A stretch of DNA of 64,000 nt from the NCBI RefSeq assembly GCF_001194135.2, contig NC_068999.1, positions 13,113,688 through 13,177,687 of the forward strand. Direction: 5' to 3'. The notes beneath the pieces were generated by a model that did no database searches, was not told the DNA's origin, and was given only the letters and a program-made list of their open reading frames with translations. This document shows, one piece after another, positions 54,876 to 64,000 of the stretch. The stretch's first letter is position 1. Each line of letters opens with the position of its first letter. The stretch is from Octopus bimaculoides. Taxonomy: Eukaryota. The position numbers and the translations under genes were made by a program.

Positions 54876-54982
54876 TTATAACCATTGGACAATCGATTTG
54901 GTGTACGGTTTGAATTTTTTTTTAAGTAAAGTTAAATTGTTAAATTTTAATTTAAAAAAAAGAAATATTTTACATTTTTTTA

Positions 54983-55072
<90 letters not shown>
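54983..55072. repeat. (TTA/TAA)30 microsatellite between relics D and E
   Basis: Direct reading. Confidence 0.98.
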
Positions 55073-55590
55073 GTTATTTACTTTTAATGTGCATGTTTTT
55101 ACAATCACTCGCCGAGAACACCCAGCGTCTTAGGGCGAGTTAAGGATAACTGATGCGACAGTATGACTGAAAGCGTAGGGAGGTGCAAGTTGCAGGAGCA
55201 GCAGCGTAATAATAAAAGGGACAGCTCTCGCTTTAAGATGCCACATCTTTTGTAGTTCTATTTTCATGTCCTTATATTTACTTGATTTGCCAAATTCCTT
55301 TACAGATATATCTTTATGAGTGGGAACACTTGATTCTATTAGGCTACACGTATTTTCTTCCCTGTCTTTAATAATTATCTCCGGTCGATTAGCATAGATC
55401 GTACTGTCGTTGTTGACTGGAAATTCCCAGAGTATAGTGATATTGTTACCTTCAATGATTGGCTCAGTATGATATTCATAACCATAAGTATATGTGCTAA
55501 TTGTGTAGTGTTTACATATTTTCCCAATATAAATACAGTTCTACCCTGTCTCCGACTCTGCCACTCACTACGTTTTATGTTTATACCATG
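55073..55590 (-). mobile_element. 5'-truncated R4/Dong-like retrotransposon relic E (REL domain and 3' UTR); not in the ORF track
   Basis: The minus strand reads DRV.LYLYW.ICKHY...YEYHTEPIIEGNNITILWEFPVNNDSTIYANRPEIIIKDREENTCSLIESSVPTHKDISVKEFGKSSKYKDMKIELQKMWHLKARAVPFII, a clear paralogue of the relic D REL. Its 3' end runs into (TAA)30. Confidence 0.88.
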
Positions 55591-55664
55591 TCTTTCCTAT
55601 CTCTAGCCCACACTATTTTCACGCAGCACATGCCTTTAAATTTACAATGGTTTTCAAGTATATG

Positions 55665-56050
55665 AAGCCCAATATAACCATCATGACTTCTCGTACACCA
55701 GGCACACGCATCACAAACGCATGTGCACAACATGAAGATCTCATATCAAGATAAACAGCACATGACATTCTGGTGGTGACCATTTAGAATATTTTTCAGG
55801 TCGAGTATCACATCTCGTTCAAAGGCTCCTTCTGTCAGGTTTGCAAAATGATGATAAACGAAATACCGATGTTTCCAGGGATGAATTAATCAAACACCAA
55901 AACGTTCCTCTAGATATATGGATATGATGCTCCCTCATTACTGCCCGTGAACAGTGATGTACATATTGCCAGCCACCAAGTGATTTTCTCAACTGGTCAA
56001 GGTCAAGCAACTAACAAGCAAATCTGTGGTACTAAGCAGAATAATTGCTG
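55665..56050. repeat. Dispersed repeat family 4, copy 2
   Basis: Colinear with 52520-52935 but strongly diverged from it. Confidence 0.8.
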
Positions 56051-56381
56051 TAATCAAACTGTTATACAAATAAAAATCATATGCATGATAACTCTTACAA
56101 TCAGTTAAGGTAATAAGCCGTGAGAGCCAGTACGGAGTACTGCATCAGGTTAATTGTTATCATGGTTGCGGTTGTTTTTTGCTATGTGGCCTTTCTTGCG
56201 ATAACTAAATGGAAAGCATGTTTGAGTTTGGGTCAACTACATTAATGGAAAGCTGTAAATGAATAATGCCTTATTGAGTACAAGTAAGCAAGTAGCTGAC
56301 TCACTTTTGTGTGACGCTCTCATTGGTTTGTGATAGAAATTCATTGACCATAATTAAGTCATAGTTTTGCGGCATACGACA

Positions 56382-56419
<38 letters not shown>

Positions 56420-56640
56420 TTTTGTGTGTGTCTGTATACACACAAATATTTTTCTTTTTTACCTGTTTCATGTAATTGTATTTGCACAATTCCCAGTAAA
56501 TCTCAGGGAGTGAACAAAGATAGCATTATTTATAATATTATTTACTTTGTGTAATCCGTTCTGAAATAGCCATGTTAATTCCCTAGCTAATTCGCCAAGT
56601 ATATATATTATATATATATAAGGTTGATAAAGAATATGAC

Positions 56641-56788
56641 GTCGCAACTCGTTTCTACAACTAAGTGAACTGGAGCAACGTGAAACAAATTGTCTTGATC
56701 AAGAACACAACATGCAGCCCGGTCCGGGATTCGAATTCACAACTTCGCGATCGTGAGAGCGATGCTCTTACCACTGGGCCATGCACCT
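56641..56788 (-). mobile_element. tRNA-derived SINE family 3
   Basis: The reverse complement reads ggtgcatggcccagtggtaagagc (A box)...gaattcgaatcccggacc (B-box-like), then ttgtgttcttgatcaagacaa...cacgttgctccagttcacttagttg, a typical SINE body. Confidence 0.8.
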
Positions 56789-56939
56789 TGTTCCATACCA
56801 CTTGTTAAATCGTATCCAAATGTTTTGTCACACGAATGTACAACCTTGATTTAGGTGTACCATTACTAACTGAGCTAGATTCGTCTATCATGCTTGCGAT
56901 TATCTTTCCTTAATCATACATAAAACTATATATGAAATG

Positions 56940-57010
56940 ATAATAATAATAATAACGATAAGAACAATAACAATAATAATAATGATAATAATAATGATTA
57001 TAATAATAAT

Positions 57011-57045
<35 letters not shown>

Positions 57046-57060
57046 CTGCTGCTGCTGCTG

Positions 57061-57126
<66 letters not shown>
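56940..57126. repeat. Compound triplet array (TAA)n-(CTA)n-(CTG)n-(CTA)n
   Basis: Direct reading. Confidence 0.95.
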
Positions 57127-58858
57127 TCGTTGTCGTCATTCTTATAACATAACGCGTGCCTTTATCGTTGTATTTGCAATTCATTCATAAATACATACCA
57201 TGTTTACATGCTTGAAACGGCCTTCGCTACATTTTTTTCTTTGTTTTAATCTTATGAATGTAATGAGCGATGGCCCCATGTCACCTTTTGTGCATTTGGA
57301 ATATATTTTCCATCATTATTTCTGATGTCATGTTGTAAAACATAATTGTTTTCTATCGATTTAATATCCTGAATATTAAATTTAGATATTCCCCTTGAGA
57401 TCAACTTATCAACTGCTCATACATTAAGTTACAATTTACATATTTTATATCGCGTTGTATTGTTGAATACAGCATGATCTGTATCGATCTATTATATATA
57501 TTCGTCAATTATCGACGAACCGTGAACAGTTTTTCATCAGTAATTGTTCTTAACGAGCCACAGTGGTTCATGATGGAAAGAAGATTAGATATATCATTAC
57601 CATGCAATTAAGAAGTAATAAATTATTAAGTTCATCGAAGCATGTAAATGTGCTGAGCAATCAGCCCGTATCCCACCTTCATCTCCATCCTCCCGCTAAG
57701 ATACATATCAACTACTTCAACGTTAATGACCAGCAGAAGAATGGATAAATGCAGGGCAATAAATAGGTACCTAACTAACTATCAAATACAGAACCAATTG
57801 CGAAGCAACAGATCGAAACTAGACAATGTCGATTTTTATCTCCTATATTTGATACTAAATATAGCTACTATATTTTCCATTGGAATGATTTCCATTAATT
57901 ATTTCACTATCCTGTTTCGGTAAATATCTTGTCTTCTGATTGCACTTAAAGTTATAACTGAAAATGTTATCATTTGATTCCAGGACTGACTGAGCAAGTA
58001 AAATCACACTGATCAACGATGCACTAAATACATTAAAAACTAAATTACACTTTCCAATCATTCATATCTAAAGGCGTTCCCAGAATATTTTACATGTATT
58101 ATTTATCGAACCTTCAAACTCGTATACTTGATAACTATTCTAGTGGGTCGGTTTCTTTTAAAATTTACGTTTTAAACTTTACGAAGTACATATTATGCTT
58201 AAGAATACTATATCAGCTGTGTCACCTAATTCAAGTGTGAAAACGTCTCGCATTACATGTATTATCGCCGTCGGTCGAATGTTAGAATCTTCCGAACAAT
58301 TACCTCATGAGATTTATTTTCATTTATTCAACTCCTATTACGAAATACACTAACGAGTGATTCACTTCAGGGACCCTAAGCGCGCAAATGTTTGTGCGAA
58401 GGATATAATATGTGTGATTCAATTGAATAAAGTATGTTCTCCATCGTTTGGTTTAGATATTTTCAGACTTCGACATACGAAAGAAAAATACTTGTATCTC
58501 AGGAAAAAAAAAATCTTTGATAGAAATGAGAACTAATGTCCTAAAATTACTAGAAAGTAACCTCTAACAATAGGCGTTCATTTCCATAATCATCCATATG
58601 TATTTTATAACAATATACTTTTGTCGTTCTAGGTCGTTTTGCTTTCTAATGAGTGAGAATTTATCGGAAAACTTCCAGCAAAGCGAAGCAATATCAACAA
58701 GGAACCAGTTTACGTAAAGTGCCACCACCACATTCATCTGACAGATATCAATAAAAGATAATGTACAACAGAGGCAAACACCACTGCGATAGTAATGCAG
58801 AGAAATCTTCAAAGAAGTCTATTTTGATGTTTTCGGAGGACATACAACGCATTATATA

Positions 58859-58960
58859 TACCGTAAATCCTCGAATGTAGTCCTACCTTGAGTATAATAA
58901 ACGGGATTTAGGGGGCAGTACCTCTGAAAAACATAATCCTACTCTAACTTGAGTCAAGGA
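58859..58960. mobile_element. Possible single end of a TA-target DNA transposon (pogo/Tc2-like terminus)
   Basis: TA|ccgtaaatcctcgaatgtagtcctaccttgagtataat resembles CCGTA-type termini, but I found no partner TIR. Confidence 0.3.
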
Positions 58961-60239
58961 AGTCTATATAACGTCCTCCGTTTGTAAAAATATATAGAGT
59001 AAGTTCCTCTATTATTAATGTATATATAACATAATGCAACCGTGTAGTTTTTTTGTGCACTTTGCAGACAATATAGAAACAACAGTTATAAAGTCATTGA
59101 AACATAAATATTAAATACATTGCCTTTACATAATTATCACTATCAGTTAAAAGCGCGACATCACAAACTGCGTCTGAATAAACGAACAGCAAATAGAGTC
59201 TCGGACATTGCTTAGAAAATATTTTTTTCATTTTTAACCTAGTATATAGTACGCAGTCGGGATTTTGACCTTTAANNNNNNNNNNNNNNNNNNNNNNNNN
59301 NNNNNNNNNNNNNNNNNNNNNNNNNNNNNNNNNNNNNNNNNNNNNNNNNNNNNNNNNNNNNNNNNNNNNNNNNNNNNNNNNNNNNNNNNNNNNNNNNNNN
59401 NNNNNNNNNNNNNNNNNNNNNNNNNNNNNNNNNNNNNNNNNNNNNNNNNNNNNNNNNNNNNNNNNNNNNNNNNNNNNNNNNNNNNNNNNNNNNNNNNNNN
59501 NNNNNNNNNNNNNNNNNNNNNNNNNNNNNNNNNNNNNNNNNNNNNNNNNNNNNNNNNNNNNNNNNNNNNNNNNNNNNNNNNNNNNNNNNNNNNNNNNNNN
59601 NNNNNNNNNNNNNNNNNNNNNNNNNNNNNNNNNNNNNNNNNNNNNNNNNNNNNNNNNNNNNNNNNNNNNNNNNNNNNNNNNNNNNNNNNNNNNNNNNNNN
59701 NNNNNNNNNNNNNNNNNNNNNNNNNNNNNNNNNNNNNNNNNNNNNNNNNNNNNNNNNNNNNNNNNNNNNNNNNNNNNNNNNNNNNNNNNNNNNNNNNNNN
59801 NNNNNNNNNNNNNNNNNNNNNNNNNNNNNNNNNNNNNNNNNNNNNNNNNNNNNNNNNNNNNNNNNNNNNNNNNNNNNNNNNNNNNNNNNNNNNNNNNNNN
59901 NNNNNNNNNNNNNNNNNNNNNNNNNNNNNNNNNNNNNNNNNNNNNNNNNNNNNNNNNNNNNNNNNNNNNNNNNNNNNNNNNNNNNNNNNNNNNNNNNNNN
60001 NNNNNNNNNNNNNNNNNNNNNNNNNNNNNNNNNNNNNNNNNNNNNNNNNNNNNNNNNNNNNNNNNNNNNNNNNNNNNNNNNNNNNNNNNNNNNNNNNNNN
60101 NNNNNNNNNNNNNNNNNNNNNNNNNNNNNNNNNNNNNNNNNNNNNNNNNNNNNNNNNNNNNNNNNNNNNNNNNNNNNNNNNNNNNNNNNNNNNNNNNNNN
60201 NNNNNNNNNNNNNNNNNNNNNNNNNNNNNNNNNNNNNNN

Positions 60240-60272
<33 letters not shown>

Positions 60273-60970
60273 TATATGTATGTATATACATGTGTTTGTG
60301 TCTATGTGGCCGCGCATATATGAGTGTGCTTTGTTGTGCATGTTATGTAATAAATGACTTTGTACCATGTGTACCATGTTTTCATTTTATTCCAGTAAGA
60401 AAAAGAATTCTATATATTGTAACTTACATATTGATTATATTGCGATACGTTAATCAGTTGCTTAGTGGAAATGTGCAAGTATGATTGTTATACACATTAC
60501 TTGTATTGTACATTGTAAATTACAGGGAATTATGAATTACAACATTATATTTCTAATTGTATTAAGACGTTTACATACACACACATGCTCTTACATAAAC
60601 ACCTACAAATATATACACAAACATAGATGAAAAAAATATGTATACTCACACACGCACTCAATCACATATACACACACACATATTATACTCATACATGGTG
60701 ACGACTAAAGGCTGTTTACAGCTAATCTAGAGTTCATGTCTATATCTGATTGTTTTGGAAGCAAATCAACATTGCATTATAAAAATAGTTCCACATGTTT
60801 TGATATATATTTGCTTTTAAAAAATAGATTGGCCAACAATTCGAACATTGCAATGTTATTAGTCATATTATTTCCCGGCAATCCTTAATAACTTTTTGCT
60901 CAGATAAACACAGCCTTATGTCTCTTGCAGCAAAACACTATTGTTCGCGTAGTTATGTGTGTGTCTGTGT

Positions 60971-61035
<65 letters not shown>

Positions 61036-61060
61036 ATATTTTGATATAAATGTATATATT

Positions 61061-61470
61061 GGCGCATGTATGACTGTGTGTTAAGAAGGTTGTTTCCCAA
61101 CCACATGATTCCGGGTTCAGTCACTCTGTGTTGCACCTTCGGTTAGTATATTCTCCTATCTATAGCGCCGGGCCCACCAAAGACGTCTGAGTGGAATTGA
61201 CAGACGGAAACTGAGAGAATTCCATCGCATATATATGTATATATTTATGTGTCTGTGTCCTTGTATTTATGTTTGCCACCTCATCATTTGACAACCGATG
61301 TTGGTGTGCTTATGCTCCCGTAATATAGCAGTTCGGAAAAAAAAAACCATCGAGAAAATAAGTACCAAGCTTACAAAGAATAAGTCATTGGGTCGATTTC
61401 TTTAACTCAAAGTTGGTACTTCAGCATTGCTGCAGTCAAATGACTGAAACAAGTAAAATATTAAAAGAAT
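61061..61470 (+). mobile_element. SINE family 1, full length (tRNA-like head, internal TA/TG microsatellite, 3' body)
   Basis: Head ggcgcatgtatgactgtgtgttaag...ccacatgattccgggttcagtc (A/B-box-like), TA/TG tract at about 61228-61270, end gcagtcaaatgactgaaacaagtaaaa. Confidence 0.85.
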
Positions 61471-61705
61471 ATGCATGTAAGTATTTTTGTATGTATAGAA
61501 AAATACATATGGCAAAGTAATAATGAGATGTATCTATTGTAATTACAAGCAGAATAAGACAAATTAATTTCAATTTATTTTTGTTTTTCGATGCGTCCGA
61601 TCTTTCTCTGCAGAGAAAGAATGTCTTCGAAAACCTTTGTAGTGTGAGAATATAAACTCTGTGATGTAAATATGCACCGGCGGGACAAAACTGGGTTATA
61701 CACAT

Positions 61706-61894
61706 CGCCATAGCTGGCAGAAGCGTTAACTCACCGGGTGAAATACATAGCGGTGTTTTGTCCGTCTTTACGTTCTGAGTTCACATTCCGCCGAGGTCGA
61801 CATAGCCGTTCATCCTTTCGGTACTGCGGTCGATCTGATCGACTGGACCCCTCCCCCAAAGTTTAGGGCCTTGTGCCTAGATTAGAAAAAAATC
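61706..61894 (+). mobile_element. SINE family 2 with a short internal deletion
   Basis: agctggcagaagcgttaac...ccgtctttacgttctgagttcacattccgccgaggtcgac...catcctttcgg...gcggtcgatctgatcgactgg...ggccttgtgcctag. Confidence 0.82.
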
Positions 61895-62953
61895 CTTGAA
61901 TTTCCTTTTGAAAGCTAATACTGAGGGAGAGGTTTTCACGAATGTGTTCATTAAATCGTTAATTATAGGATTTCAGTTTCGAAAGAGGGAATATAAAATA
62001 AGCCTTTGTACAAGGTGTAAAGGGATGTCAAGTGACAAAAGGAAATATCGTGAAAAAAACTATTGAACATGAGGACCAAAGACACGGATGCGAAATAGAT
62101 TCTAAGAAATTCTAAATTTTAGATAGCCTATCGGTGGTTCATATAAACACGTATACGCAAGTATTCTCCTTGGCGGCTATAGAGAGATACGCCGAGGAAG
62201 ATGACGTCATGTTTAAAGATGTAATAAAACAATCGAGTGCAGTGGCAGCAAAGTGATTGCGCCTGCTTTAACATTTAACGCCTATTGATATGAATATTTT
62301 AATGTTACATTCGTTACCTTGTTTATATTACACCTACACATACTGGGCGTCATTTCTCTAGCCTCTCGATATTTTTTCTCTTCTATTTTCTTCTTTTCAA
62401 AATTTCTGCAAGGTGTTACTTACTACAATTCGTCTTGGCCAAACGGCCCTTAATGTTCGCCTTCGTCAATTGTTTACTCTTTACATCCACTTTGTTGCTG
62501 TTTGTTCATTCTAAGACTTCACTCAACACAAATATATAATTTTTGCAATTTCTTGATGTTGCTGTCTTATGAAATGTTCCTACCCTGCCGTTGAAAGCAC
62601 GAAATATAGAGTAAAGAACAGTCGACAATCAAGGAGGATTTGGATTTCTCTTCTTATTTTGTTTCGTACATTTTTCTCATTATTTGTTTTTGTTTTACAC
62701 TCGTTGGCGATGTCTTCTACCTGGACTTATCTCTTGTGTTTACGTATATTTCTCCTGTTCGTGATATCCTGTACTTAATGTCTATTATATATATATATAT
62801 ATATANNNNNNNNNNNNNNNNNNNNNNNNNNNNNNNNNNNNNNNNNNNNNNNNNNNNNNNNNNNNNNNNNNNNNNNNNNNNNNNNNNNNNNNNNNNNNNN
62901 NNNNNNNNNNNNNNNNNNNNNNNNNNNNNNNNNNNNNNNNNNNNNNNNATATT

Positions 62954-63068
<115 letters not shown>

Positions 63069-63931
63069 GTATGCTTGTTTGTGTGAGTGTGCATATGTTT
63101 GTATGTGTGTGTGTTGGTGCTTTTGAGTGTGTAAATATATATGTAAATGTATGGATATATATTGCTGTAACTGAGGTCAAATCAAGGAATTATACTACCC
63201 ATCCTGATATTTACATTAACAAACATCAAAATAAGTGTAGAATCACCATATTACCTTTCTCTTTTGTGGTTACCTTATCTTTCTCTCTTTCCGCCATCTT
63301 CAACACCAAATACACACAGAGTTGCCCACATAGTCTGATCAATATTTTCATTCGTCAGACATTCCTCAGTTGTACATTCCCTGCTTCCAGCATAATGCCA
63401 TATCAACTGAGGGAATGAACACATGAATATCATGTACCGGATGTCTATGGTTACTATGGACAGTACTGCAATCATCTCACGAATACGGATTATGATTGTG
63501 AGACTTGTGTGATATCTGAAAACGCGGAGAGTGATTCAGAATTTATAACTTAGAATCATGGATTGTTATTTTTATTATTATATTTATCCAACATTACATC
63601 TCTACAGCTCATTACAACCAAACAAAACTACGAATAATGGACGGTAGTGGTAGGCTGTACCCGGCATAATGAAATAGGTGTTCTTATAGCCGTACTCAAT
63701 TTTTTTCCCGTTACATGTACTTATAGGATTAAAATAGCAATTTCTTCTTTAAGAGCACGTGTTTTGAGAAAGTCTAAAAAAAGCGTTCACAAACTAGAAC
63801 GAATCTTCTCCAAAAAGGTTAGTAACATCCTCATAAAAGATTTCATAACATTTTCTAAGAATGTTCGTCTTCAAAAAGCACTTCTAGACATTAAAACTCG
63901 TTTCAAGTAATCGCTATGGACATTCGTACAT

Positions 63932-63985
<54 letters not shown>

Positions 63986-64000
63986 GCACACACACACACA

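Larger units (their letters stand above)
53113..54982 (-). mobile_element. R4/Dong-like retrotransposon relic D: both ends present, internally deleted, bounded by (TAA)n on both sides
   Basis: N-terminal KWNREEYKEVI..., RT motifs YRPITC, EQKGCRRGSYGCKDQLLIN, GIFQGDSLSPL, HLFYMDDL and GMEFGLEKCA, then RHDRVGRYLHW, REL WDFPV.TDK.I.ANKPDIII...IDMSIP...KFSKYKDL, stop at 53287, 3' UTR, ATT run at 53113-53123. The 5' end abuts (ATT)30. Confidence 0.93.
442..62948. other. 18 assembly gaps (N-runs): 442-926, 1393-1687, 3768-3910, 6285-6695, 9362-9920, 14129-14436, 16906-17082, 18635-19140, 19973-20819, 27080-27920, 28617-29085, 31145-31301, 32525-33057, 33781-33927, 51819-51999, 54057-54066, 59276-60239, 62806-62948
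   Basis: Read directly from the sequence. All except 54057-54066 (and, weakly, 3768-3910) touch a (TA)n, (TG/CA)n or (CT)n tract on at least one side. Confidence 0.98.

Noticed and set aside
52520-56050. Direct repeats 52520-52935 and 55665-56050 as LTRs flanking an RT
   Set aside because: The copies are strongly diverged from each other, I saw no TG...CA ends, PBS or PPT, and the enclosed RT and REL are non-LTR type. They are independent insertions of a common repeat.
56715-56788. tRNA gene on the minus strand
   Set aside because: A- and B-box-like motifs are present, but the stems do not close into a cloverleaf and the sequence continues into a SINE body.
37542-57184. Poly-Val, Leu, Thr, Ile and Tyr ORFs (37542-37748, 40954-41187, 54898-55143, 56900-57184, 56937-57152)
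   Set aside because: They are translations of triplet microsatellites.
62201-62210. Perfect CRE palindrome ATGACGTCAT as a promoter element
   Set aside because: A single 8-10-mer with no identified gene or TSS; compatible with chance.
62410-62500. GQT...NVRLRQ as a GIY-YIG (Penelope) fragment
   Set aside because: The tyrosine motifs and flanking cysteines are missing; the match is too weak to support.
63419-63553. Reflectin or EGF-like similarity (YGYYGQYCNH)
   Set aside because: Only a superficial few-residue resemblance; it lacks the M/FD(X)5MD repeats and the EGF cysteine spacing.

Overview
This is eukaryotic, AT-rich, essentially non-coding DNA from a draft assembly with 18 N-gaps, nearly all bordered by (TA)n, (TG)n or (CT)n microsatellites. 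The SINE families look like octopus (coleoid cephalopod) repeats; this is from recall, not a database search. I could not identify any host protein-coding exon, rRNA, functional tRNA or CRISPR array with confidence, and most long ORFs in the supplied track are artefacts of N-runs and microsatellites. What the sequence supports: (1) five relics of R4/Dong-like non-LTR retrotransposons (RT, CCHC knuckle, restriction-like endonuclease), each abutting a (TAA)n tract; two are stacked in tandem and share a 3' hairpin, and two keep their 5' end but have large internal deletions; (2) four Tc1/mariner-derived non-autonomous elements, two of them long palindromes built from a duplicated 3' end or a duplicated 5' end; (3) about a dozen tRNA-derived SINE copies in three families, plus unclassified dispersed repeats; (4) a 26-bp minisatellite, two near-perfect hairpins, and in-register compound triplet arrays. 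The most interesting signal is the transposon-microsatellite relationship, not a new gene system.
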